A DNA stretch of 64,000 nt, taken from positions 186,001 to 250,000 of the IMG/VR virus record IMGVR_UViG_3300007513_000001; one strand, 5' to 3'. Of the stretch, positions 39,301 to 47,836 are shown piece by piece. Within the stretch, counting starts at the first letter, position 1, and every line of letters starts with the position of its first letter. The translations under genes were made by a program, and so were the position numbers. The notes under the pieces were generated by a model that saw nothing but the letters and a program-made list of their open reading frames with translations, was not told where the DNA came from and searched no databases.

Positions 39301-40146
39301 ATGGTTGAAAACTATATAAATTTAAATCAAGCGTTTGTTGAAGAATTAGTAGACCTCAAATTTAACGGTGAAGAAGTTAAGTCGAGAGGATTCACGCAAA
39401 AAGAAAAATTGTTTTGCTCTTTCATTATAAAAGATCCAACAGATCTAAAGATCAAAGTGCCCGCCCGCAAGTTTAATGAAGATTACGCTGTTTTAGAGTG
39501 GCTTTGGTATCTTACTTCCAATTGCGAAGTAAGCAATATTGGGAAGTTTGCTGATATATGGAATAAAATAGCTGATGAAGATAATTTAGTTGAATCAAAT
39601 TATGGAAGTTATATAAAGCCTGCTTGGTATGATTTAGTAAACGAGCTTCTTAACGATAGAGATACAAGAAGAGCTACTTGCGTAATTAACCAACCTCACC
39701 ATCGATGGAAAAATCCTAACGACTACCCCTGCACTCATTATATTCATTTTTTTATTAGAGGAGATGCTCTTCACTTGGGAGTTTACATGAGATCTAACGA
39801 TGCAGTTTTTGGTTTTTGCAATGACGTTTTTACTTTTGCGTTGTTTCAACAGCTTATGTTAAACGAACTAAATTCTCGTGGTGCTAATTTAAAGCTAGGC
39901 AATTATTACCATTCAGCTGGAAGCTTTCATGTTTATGATCGACATTACGAAATGCTAGAAAAAATCTCAAAAAACTACTTTAAGAAAGCTAGAAAAGAAG
40001 GGTATCCCACATTTGAAAAAATGACTTTAAATCCAGATTTAACTTGGCCAAAAATGGAAAAATTTATATCTTTTTTTGAAGAAAACCTAGACAAAGACGA
40101 AATATCGAGTAAGATTAAAGAGATTAGGGAGATTATCTTTCAATGA
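39301..40146 (+). CDS. Thymidylate-synthase-fold dNMP-modifying enzyme, dCMP hydroxymethylase-like
   Basis: TRRA, catalytic YPCT, MRSNDAVFGFCND and SFHVY. Has Asp at the position of E. coli ThyA Asn177. Confidence 0.85.
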   Translation: MVENYINLNQAFVEELVDLKFNGEEVKSRGFTQKEKLFCSFIIKDPTDLKIKVPARKFNEDYAVLEWLWYLTSNCEVSNIGKFADIWNKIADEDNLVESNYGSYIKPAWYDLVNELLNDRDTRRATCVINQPHHRWKNPNDYPCTHYIHFFIRGDALHLGVYMRSNDAVFGFCNDVFTFALFQQLMLNELNSRGANLKLGNYYHSAGSFHVYDRHYEMLEKISKNYFKKARKEGYPTFEKMTLNPDLTWPKMEKFISFFEENLDKDEISSKIKEIREIIFQ

Positions 40147-40424
40147 ATATTCTTGACGAAGCTAACAAAATTATTAACGAAAGATCTGAAGAAAAAGAAA
40201 GACAATATGGCCCGATGGGCGAAGGCTTAGAGCGCGCTGCAATGATTGCTTCTGGGATGACTGGAAAAGATTTTACTGCCGACGATATTTTTGCTGCTTT
40301 AGTAGCTCTTAAGTTTTCGAGGCACTCATACAATTATAAAGAAGATAATTTTTTAGATGCCGCAGCTTATCTGGGCGCGTGGAATAACTACATTCAAAAG
40401 GGTTTGAAAAATGAAAATAAGTAA
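40143..40424 (+). CDS. Small all-alpha protein (DUF6378 / NTP-pyrophosphohydrolase-like)
   Basis: IL.EA..II..R....YG and LK.SR.......D...D...Y pattern. Confidence 0.6.
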   Translation: MNILDEANKIINERSEEKERQYGPMGEGLERAAMIASGMTGKDFTADDIFAALVALKFSRHSYNYKEDNFLDAAAYLGAWNNYIQKGLKNENK

Positions 40425-40845
40425 AGTAAGAAGTGTTAAAACTCCAACTCGAGGAACTCCTGAATCTGCAGGCATAGATTTTTATGTTCCGCAAGGAATG
40501 GTTGTTAGCTTACCTCCGGGTTATTCTTGTTTGATGCCAAGCGGAATAAAGGCTAATGTTCCAGCAGGCCATGCTTTAATTGCATTTAACAAGAGTGGCG
40601 TAGCTGTAAAAAAGAATCTCCACGTCGGCGCATGCGTTGTTGATGAAGATTATCAAGGAGAGATCCATATTAACTTGATCAATGTTGGCAGAGAAACAGT
40701 GAAAATTTCTTCTGGAGAAAAAATTATACAATTTGTTTTACTTCCAGTATTTTATGACACAATTGAAGAAGTAGAACTAGAAAATCTTTATGAACAACAA
40801 ACCCAGCGCGGCGAAGGCGGATTTGGAAGTACGGGAGTTGAGTGA
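40411..40845 (+). CDS. dut: Trimeric dUTPase
   Basis: SAGIDF, KSG, VDEDYQGEI, IIQFV and RGEGGFGSTG. Confidence 0.93.
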   Translation: MKISKVRSVKTPTRGTPESAGIDFYVPQGMVVSLPPGYSCLMPSGIKANVPAGHALIAFNKSGVAVKKNLHVGACVVDEDYQGEIHINLINVGRETVKISSGEKIIQFVLLPVFYDTIEEVELENLYEQQTQRGEGGFGSTGVE

Positions 40846-41900
40846 TGAATTATTTTGTAGATTATGAATTACCAAAAAGTTGCAAAATCGGTATTGATGG
40901 ATTAGAGCGCAATATTCCAACTCGTAAACATAGTCACAACGCGGCTTGGGTTCATTTGTATAAAAACATGCTTCAATCTGCCGGCTGGGAAGACGTTCAC
41001 GTCTTGGGAAATCATGATACTTACGAAGGCTATGAAGCCATGATTTTTTATCCTGGAATTGCTTATTCGGGAGCCATTAATTTCTTTTTTGGAGTGGATG
41101 ATAATGTCGTTAGAAGATTTTCTAGAGTTCAAGACTTTGAAGGCCCGACATTTATTTTAAATCATGAAATGCCCCTTATCGGAAACACGATCAAAGGAAG
41201 ACTTCATAATAAATCTACTAGTAGTCGAGTTGGAAACCTTAAGCTAGACTTGTTAGACGATATCTGCAAGTCTACTCGTAGAATCGACTATGTAGAAAGA
41301 TCGAAAAAACTTTGTTTTGGAGACAGCCACTGCTTCTCAACTTATGCCCCCGGGTATTCTGTTTGTCGAAACGATGGTCTTACACTTTTTTCTACTTTAC
41401 GAAATGGAGTGAAGCAAACCATTGAAGAAAAATCGGGTATGATGACTAAAGATTTAACTCATCTTACGTTTTATATGGGTAATATTGATATTCGACATCA
41501 CCTCATGAGACAAGAAAACCCTTTTGAAAAAGCCCATGCAATGGGAATAGAATTGGGATACCAGCTTAAATCTTTAGGCATTCCAAACATAGAAATTGTT
41601 CACGTTCTTCCAATTGAAAATATTTCTCGAAAACTTCCAAAAACTGGCTACTATAAGAAGACTCCATATTTTGGAACTTGGGAAGAAAGAACCAAACTAG
41701 TCAATACATTTAACAACGCTGTGGATAAAATTTGTATAGAAAACAAATGGAATACTTTCCATTGGCCCGAAGAGTTTTTAAATGATTCTAAAGAGTTGGA
41801 TTTTGAATATATGGAGCGTCCAAAAAGTGTTCATTTAAGCCCAGTTTCTTATAGGTGGGATCTTTTTGAAAATAAATTAAATAGCTTGCATAGTAGCTAA
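40842..41900 (+). CDS. Conserved phage protein with an SGNH/GDSL-like C-terminal domain
   Basis: FGDSH (block I), G..L (block II), YMGNIDIRHH (block III) and SVHL (block V). Confidence 0.55.
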   Translation: MMNYFVDYELPKSCKIGIDGLERNIPTRKHSHNAAWVHLYKNMLQSAGWEDVHVLGNHDTYEGYEAMIFYPGIAYSGAINFFFGVDDNVVRRFSRVQDFEGPTFILNHEMPLIGNTIKGRLHNKSTSSRVGNLKLDLLDDICKSTRRIDYVERSKKLCFGDSHCFSTYAPGYSVCRNDGLTLFSTLRNGVKQTIEEKSGMMTKDLTHLTFYMGNIDIRHHLMRQENPFEKAHAMGIELGYQLKSLGIPNIEIVHVLPIENISRKLPKTGYYKKTPYFGTWEERTKLVNTFNNAVDKICIENKWNTFHWPEEFLNDSKELDFEYMERPKSVHLSPVSYRWDLFENKLNSLHSS

Positions 41901-41914
41901 AAATGGAGAAAAAT

Positions 41915-43105
41915 ATGCCAAAAAATAAATCAATTCGAGTTGCAATTGTCGGTGTCGGAAATTGCGCTAATTCTTTCTATCAAGGATTAACATATTATGC
42001 TGGATACACCGAAGGCCAAGAGCGCGACGGCGTTATGAAGAGCCGAATCGGAGGATATTCAGTAGCTGACCTCGATGTTGTAGCTGCGTTTGATATAGAC
42101 AAAAGAAAAGTCGGCAAGTGTTTTAGAGAAGCTATGTGGGCTAAACCAAACTGTACTCCAGAATATGAACCTAATGTTCCCGATGGTCCAATAGTTCAGA
42201 TGGGCCCAGTGTTAGATGGGGTACCGTCTTTGATGAAATCTTATCCAGACGATGAAGCTTTTAGACCAGCTGATTTAGAGCCCGTAGATGTGGCTCAGAT
42301 ATTAACAGACTTAAAGGTGGATATTCTAATCAACTATCTACCAGTGGGTTCTCAGAAGGCTACTGAGTGGTATGCAGAACAGTGTCTAAAGACGGGAGTT
42401 TCTCTTCTTAACTGTATTCCAGTCTTTATTGCTTCTAATCCAATTTGGGAACAGAAGTTTATTGATGCTGGAATTCCTTTGGTTGGGGACGATATGAAAT
42501 CTCAGTTTGGGGCGTCTATTTTATCTCAAATGCTGCAAGAATTAGCTTTCGCCCGAGGACTAAATGTGAATGCTCATATTCAGCGTAATGTTGGTGGAAA
42601 TACTGATTTCTTGAATATGGTCGATCAATCTAGGTTAAAGTATAAAAAGGTTTCTAAGGAAAATGTAATTCGATCTCAGCATGTTATCAGGGGAGTTGAT
42701 CCAGAAGAATCATTCTTACATGCTGGCCCTTCAGAATATATTCGTTTTTATGGAGATAACAAGGTTGCCAATTTTAGAGTAGAGATGGAAGGTTTCCTCG
42801 GCGCACCAGTAATTCTAGACGCGCAACTTTCCGTAATCGACTCTCCAAACTCTGGTGGAGTTGTTATCGACGCGGCTCGATATCTAAAGGTTGCGAGAGA
42901 AATGGGGATTGTTGGAGCTTTGCGTGGGCCATCTGCCTTTACGCAAAAAACCCCGCCCCAACAATTAATGTTTTCAGAAACTCTTTACGAATGCGACGCT
43001 CTTTCAGAGAGAAAGCTTACTAGATTTACAAAGAGGCAAACTCAAAATTACAGTGCGGAAGAGTTGTATCAATCTTGCCCAGCAGGAAACAAGGAAGTAG
43101 ATTAA
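41915..43105 (+). CDS. ino1: Myo-inositol-1-phosphate synthase (bacterial/archaeal type)
   Basis: VAIVGVGNCA, AFDID.RKVG, NYLPVGS, GDD.KSQ.GA, NVGGNTDFLNM, YGDNK and DSPNSGGVVIDA. Confidence 0.95.
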   Translation: MPKNKSIRVAIVGVGNCANSFYQGLTYYAGYTEGQERDGVMKSRIGGYSVADLDVVAAFDIDKRKVGKCFREAMWAKPNCTPEYEPNVPDGPIVQMGPVLDGVPSLMKSYPDDEAFRPADLEPVDVAQILTDLKVDILINYLPVGSQKATEWYAEQCLKTGVSLLNCIPVFIASNPIWEQKFIDAGIPLVGDDMKSQFGASILSQMLQELAFARGLNVNAHIQRNVGGNTDFLNMVDQSRLKYKKVSKENVIRSQHVIRGVDPEESFLHAGPSEYIRFYGDNKVANFRVEMEGFLGAPVILDAQLSVIDSPNSGGVVIDAARYLKVAREMGIVGALRGPSAFTQKTPPQQLMFSETLYECDALSERKLTRFTKRQTQNYSAEELYQSCPAGNKEVD

Positions 43106-43106
43106 A

Positions 43107-43823
43107 ATGCCGAAAATCCACGAGCAAAAAGGGAAATTATTTAATCCTGAAGCTGGAAATTTTGAAGAATGCATTATTAAACTAAACCCTCGTAATAACT
43201 TTTGGTATCGTCCTGGCACTTTTGATCTTAATTCTATTAGAGAGTGCCGAGACAACTATAGTGAAATAGACACTTGCGGAAAAGTTGTTCTAGATCTGGG
43301 TGCCAATATTGGCGGTTTTGCTCGGATGGCTCTTCAAAAGGGCGCGAAACAAGTTATTGCTCTAGAGCCGTGCCCATATAATTTTCAACTGCTAGAGATT
43401 AATGCTGAAAATGCTGAAAACATAAATGCAGCAGTTTCAGAAGAAGATACTGATAGCGTTGTTTTTCATTATGCTAGTTCTAAAAGAAATTCTGTTTCTT
43501 CTTCTACGGTTCGACGCAGAAACGCTTCGGGAACCACTATTTCAGTCCCAGGCCTTTCTTTTGGAGGGCTATTAGAGAAATATAAGCCTGAAATTCTTAA
43601 AATTGATATCGAAGGAAAAGAGTATGATATTTTAGATTCGATTAAAGAGATACCAGATTTTGTAGAAGTTGTTGGTATTGAATTTCACAATACTCGAAAA
43701 CCATATTCGGAATATCCTTCTCGTTTTTTTCCAGAATCTACTTGGAAAAAAGTAGAGCACCCTATTTTGATGTACGGACAGAAAAAGGTTTTAGATTACA
43801 CATTTTATCGCAAAGTTGTTTAG
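43107..43823 (+). CDS. FkbM-family SAM-dependent (O-)methyltransferase
   Basis: VLDLGANIG, ALEP...NF..L..N and LKIDIEG.EY....EFH. Confidence 0.88.
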   Translation: MPKIHEQKGKLFNPEAGNFEECIIKLNPRNNFWYRPGTFDLNSIRECRDNYSEIDTCGKVVLDLGANIGGFARMALQKGAKQVIALEPCPYNFQLLEINAENAENINAAVSEEDTDSVVFHYASSKRNSVSSSTVRRRNASGTTISVPGLSFGGLLEKYKPEILKIDIEGKEYDILDSIKEIPDFVEVVGIEFHNTRKPYSEYPSRFFPESTWKKVEHPILMYGQKKVLDYTFYRKVV

Positions 43824-43832
43824 GAGAAAATA

Positions 43833-44249
43833 ATGGTTGTTAATGGTTTTGATATTGACGGAGTGATTCACCTTGGAGATAGTGTCTGTGGAATCCGCCC
43901 TGGTCCTGGTGATGTGATTATTACCGGTCGAAGTTTTGAGGAAGAGGCCGAAACTCTAGCTTTTCTTCGTCGTAATGGAATTAATAATCCAGTATTTTTT
44001 AACCAGTGTCATTATGATGAAAAAACTCGTGAAGGTTCTGGTTGGCACAAAGGCGAAACTATTAAGTTGTTGCATCGAGCTGGCCTCAGCATTCGATATT
44101 TTTTCGAAGACGATGAAGTTCAAAAAGCCGAAATTGAAAGAATTTTAGCAGAAAAAGAAATCTGGAATATGCCAACCAAAGTAATTCACGTTAACAATCC
44201 ACATGTAGCGAAAGAGAATAGACGTCACTTAGAGGATTTACATGAGTAA
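43833..44249 (+). CDS. Capless HAD phosphatase
   Basis: GFDIDGVI, IITGRS, HK and FFEDD. Confidence 0.85.
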   Translation: MVVNGFDIDGVIHLGDSVCGIRPGPGDVIITGRSFEEEAETLAFLRRNGINNPVFFNQCHYDEKTREGSGWHKGETIKLLHRAGLSIRYFFEDDEVQKAEIERILAEKEIWNMPTKVIHVNNPHVAKENRRHLEDLHE

Positions 44250-45687
44250 TTCTGAGCTTCTTAAAATGACTGATAAGCAGCTTTTTGATGAAATTCCCTC
44301 TCATAAAAAGCAAGATTTTATAGACTTTATAAAAGAGCTTAATCGAAGAGAGTATTTAGTTAGATTTGCAAAATCGTGCACCTTTGAAAGCTTTCAGCAT
44401 TTACCTGGTACTTCTTTTAAATTTGGTAATGGTTTTATCGTAAATGGAAAATCAGTCCCTTATTTCCACCCCAATCGTAGCTTTCATGATGAAATTATTT
44501 GGTTGAATGAAAATCTTTTCTACAACCCTCATGCTACTTTTGAAGACAAGCTCATCAACGCAGCGATTGTAAAGTTTTATGGGCCATCTAACACTTTGAA
44601 GCTTATTGCTAGCGGAACAGGAAAGAATTTTGTAGATTATAAACGATTCATAGGAGACGCTAAGTATCTTCAACAAGTTTGTGTAAATTTGGAAACAGCT
44701 GTGAAAAATAAAGAGAAGATATACGGAACCACAGAACTAAGAACAAGCCTACAAACTGCTGCTCGAAACTACGCAAGAGACGTTGGTTCTCCAATAGATA
44801 AACTTGAATTAATTCCGTTGGTAGATAGAAAAGTTAGATCATGTCGACCTTCTGATATTCTTTTTTGGTTTACTAAGATCGGTCCAGATTTTGTAAATTT
44901 TTATAAGAAGACTCCAAACATGGAAGAGTCTTTCAAGTTTTTAAATTCTTTTAGAGGGATTGGAAATTATTATGGTTATCATTTTAGTTGCAATCTTGCT
45001 CGTATGCCCTCCGTTGGAAATTTAATATTCAAGGGTACCCCTGGCAAAATCGATGAAGATGATGAATATGTTGTTCCGGGTGTTGGAGCGATGTCTGCGA
45101 TAAATTGGTTTTATGAACACCGCGGCCACTCTATAAACACAAAAGTTGGAAAAAAATTAATAAACGCTATTCGCGAACACCAAAATGATTTCTTCGATTT
45201 AAAGAAATCTGACAATTCTAAATTTTATATGGAAAAAGTTTCTGAGCTTGGGTATTTTACTAATTTCGGCTGTGAAATATCTTGCTGCCAGTTCGGAGTT
45301 TATCGAAGATTAAGAGAAGATAAAAAATTAGCTTTAAGAAGAGCAGCTGCACCAATTTCAAAAGAGGAAGTCAAAATGATTCTTACGCCAAAAACCCTAA
45401 TGCAAAAACTGGGTCTTATTTCAGAAGATAAGCCTTCTGAAGAACACATCCAAACCACCAATCCCGCTTTAGATTTTTCTTCTACAAGCAAAGAAGATTT
45501 AATTCTTGCTATTGTCGATGAATCTGGAGGAGCTTGTTCACATTCTGCAGTGGCAAAAATGATAGAAGAAAAGGGATATACTCAATATAAACAGTCTGGA
45601 AGCTGGAAAGAAAGCTGGGTAATAATGAGAGAATTAGTTAAAAAGGGTGCTCTAGTTAAAGATGGAAAATTTTATCGGAGGTCGTAA
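44242..45687 (+). CDS. aGPT-Pplase / amino acid:DNA transferase-like protein (HhH glycosylase fold) with a C-terminal wHTH-like tail
   Basis: GIGNYYGYH...NL (HhH), VVPGVGA..AI and EISCCQF..Y, matching the family G.G.f.a / GpGa / E...Ce..ky pattern. Confidence 0.65.
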   Translation: MSNSELLKMTDKQLFDEIPSHKKQDFIDFIKELNRREYLVRFAKSCTFESFQHLPGTSFKFGNGFIVNGKSVPYFHPNRSFHDEIIWLNENLFYNPHATFEDKLINAAIVKFYGPSNTLKLIASGTGKNFVDYKRFIGDAKYLQQVCVNLETAVKNKEKIYGTTELRTSLQTAARNYARDVGSPIDKLELIPLVDRKVRSCRPSDILFWFTKIGPDFVNFYKKTPNMEESFKFLNSFRGIGNYYGYHFSCNLARMPSVGNLIFKGTPGKIDEDDEYVVPGVGAMSAINWFYEHRGHSINTKVGKKLINAIREHQNDFFDLKKSDNSKFYMEKVSELGYFTNFGCEISCCQFGVYRRLREDKKLALRRAAAPISKEEVKMILTPKTLMQKLGLISEDKPSEEHIQTTNPALDFSSTSKEDLILAIVDESGGACSHSAVAKMIEEKGYTQYKQSGSWKESWVIMRELVKKGALVKDGKFYRRS

Positions 45688-46865
45688 TGCAAAACGTGAG
45701 GTGGGGAACTATCATTCCCCTTATTGGGGGTAGCGCTATAGGGTGCTCTCAAGCCACTAAAAATAAGCCAGAATTTCATCTTAGTTATTCTGCTTTTGGC
45801 GCTAACGAAAAGTATTTAACCGATTATTGGAAAGACGTACCTCGTATAGTTTTAGATGAAGGTGGAGAAATCCCAAATCAGCAAATTGATTTTATCAACT
45901 CAGTTTGTCCATGCGCGGGTTTAAGTCAGCTTAATACTTCTAGAAGCAAAGATATGCGTGAATCTAAAAATTACTGGATGTACGAATCCGCTCAAAGGAT
46001 AATGGGAGAACTTAAACCGAGAGTTTACTGGGGAGAAAATGCTCCCGGCCTTTTTACTAATTCGGGTGCGTACGTACGTGACAAGCTTAAAACCCTGGCC
46101 AAAGAACATGGTTATTCCTTTTCTCTTTATAAAACTGATACTCAAAAACATGGAATACCACAGCGAAGAGTAAGAACTTTTTATTTTTTTTGGAGAGATA
46201 CTAATCCGCCTATTTTAAATTATTTTGATCAAACTCCTGTCCCTTTTGCAGAGTACATCAAAGAGATACCAGATACAGCAACTTTACAAGATCAGTTTAA
46301 TATTGCGGGAAAAATTTCTGACAATTTTGATTCTTACGCTTTCGTTCTTCAGAAGTTGAAAATAACCCACAGAGAATTCGTGAAATCTAATGATTCCGGG
46401 TCTATTCATTCAATTTTTTCTTACCTTGCTGAAAATGAACTTTTAAAAGAGTGCATAGACTGGATAGAAAAAAACAAAAATGAAGAAACAGCTGAACACA
46501 GAAGATTGAAAGCTATTTATAAAAAAGTTCAATCTGGTGGGAGATTTATGGATGCTTCTCCGGGGTATTATTATGCTAGAACTAACGCTATAGTGGGAAG
46601 GACTTTAACGCATTTAGTTCACCCCACTGAAGATCGCGGCATGTCTATTCGAGAGCTGCTTCATATGATGGGGCTGCCTCATGACTTTGAAATGAGCGAT
46701 AGAAAATCCTTGAATGTAATAGCGCAGAACGTTCCTACGTGTACAGCCCGAGATATGGCTACTCAAGTTATTGAATACTTAAACGGTGGTTTACAAATTG
46801 CAGAAAACAGTTTTTTAATGCAAAATAACTTAAAACAGGAGACCACGTTATGCGAGCCCTTGTAA
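45687..46865 (+). CDS. DNA cytosine-C5 methyltransferase-fold protein with an atypical motif I
   Basis: Motif IV CPCAGLS, VI ENAP, VIII PQRRVR, IX R.MS.RE...MGLP and X AQNVP. Motif I reads IPLIGG instead of FxGxGG. Confidence 0.85.
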   Translation: MQNVRWGTIIPLIGGSAIGCSQATKNKPEFHLSYSAFGANEKYLTDYWKDVPRIVLDEGGEIPNQQIDFINSVCPCAGLSQLNTSRSKDMRESKNYWMYESAQRIMGELKPRVYWGENAPGLFTNSGAYVRDKLKTLAKEHGYSFSLYKTDTQKHGIPQRRVRTFYFFWRDTNPPILNYFDQTPVPFAEYIKEIPDTATLQDQFNIAGKISDNFDSYAFVLQKLKITHREFVKSNDSGSIHSIFSYLAENELLKECIDWIEKNKNEETAEHRRLKAIYKKVQSGGRFMDASPGYYYARTNAIVGRTLTHLVHPTEDRGMSIRELLHMMGLPHDFEMSDRKSLNVIAQNVPTCTARDMATQVIEYLNGGLQIAENSFLMQNNLKQETTLCEPL

Positions 46866-47836
46866 CTGGAGGTTGCGGATTTATTGGATCATGCATCTCT
46901 AAAAAATTAGTAGATTCAGGATGGGATGTTGAGATAGTTGACGATATGTCTAATGGGAATTATGAGTTTTTAGATGGCTATCGCATAAGATCAGTTCCGG
47001 TTCAGCTTGGTGAAAGTTTTGAAAACCAAGTCAAAAAGCAAGAACATCAAATTTTAGTTTTGGTTGGAGATTTTACTAGCTACGAAGTCGTTAGAAGAAT
47101 TGTGGAAAAAAAATATGATGTAATATTTCATTGCGCAGCCAATCCACGCGTAGAATACTCAGTTCAAAACCCTGTTGAAACAACAGACGAAAATCTAACT
47201 AAAACAATTAAGCTTTTTACTCACTCTATTGGAAACGTCAAAAGGATAGTGTTTTCCTCTAGTTGTTCAATATACGGTGATCCGTGGACTCTTCCTACTA
47301 CAGAATCTCACGGAAAAAATCCAAATAGTCCATACGCGCTTCAAAAGCTTTGTGTCGAAGAGTTTGCGCGACTGTATTCTAAAACTTATGATTTAGACAT
47401 AGCTTGTTTGCGATACTTCAATGTTTATGGCCCTTATCAATATGGAGGGTCTCCATATTCTACAGCTATCGTATCTTGGTGTGACAAAGTAAAAAATGGT
47501 TTACCGCTTCGCAGTGATGGTGATGGAACGCAGTCTAGAGATATGGTTTTTGTAGAAGACGTTGCGAGAGCAAATATTTTAGCTGCGACTCATAAAGAAA
47601 ACTTTAGTGGAAAATGCATTAATATTGGAACTGGAGCTTCTTATACTAATAATCAAATTTTAGATATTTTTAAGTCTAAGTTTCCCGACATAGAAATTAG
47701 TCATGCACCAGAAAGATCCGGAGACGTAAAACACACTCAGGCATGCACAAAAGAAGCAAGGAATTTTTTAGGATTCAGAACTGAATATTCTTTAGAAGAA
47801 GGTCTAGAAAAAACTTTTGACTGGTGGGAGATTTGA
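46850..47836 (+). CDS. NAD-dependent NDP-sugar epimerase/dehydratase
   Basis: GGCGFIG, FSSS...YG, YALQK, LRYFNVYGP and GDG.Q.RD. Confidence 0.92.
   Translation: MRALVTGGCGFIGSCISKKLVDSGWDVEIVDDMSNGNYEFLDGYRIRSVPVQLGESFENQVKKQEHQILVLVGDFTSYEVVRRIVEKKYDVIFHCAANPRVEYSVQNPVETTDENLTKTIKLFTHSIGNVKRIVFSSSCSIYGDPWTLPTTESHGKNPNSPYALQKLCVEEFARLYSKTYDLDIACLRYFNVYGPYQYGGSPYSTAIVSWCDKVKNGLPLRSDGDGTQSRDMVFVEDVARANILAATHKENFSGKCINIGTGASYTNNQILDIFKSKFPDIEISHAPERSGDVKHTQACTKEARNFLGFRTEYSLEEGLEKTFDWWEI

Noticed and set aside
39301-40146. Ordinary thyA
   Set aside because: It has Asp rather than Asn at the specificity position, and thyX is already present.
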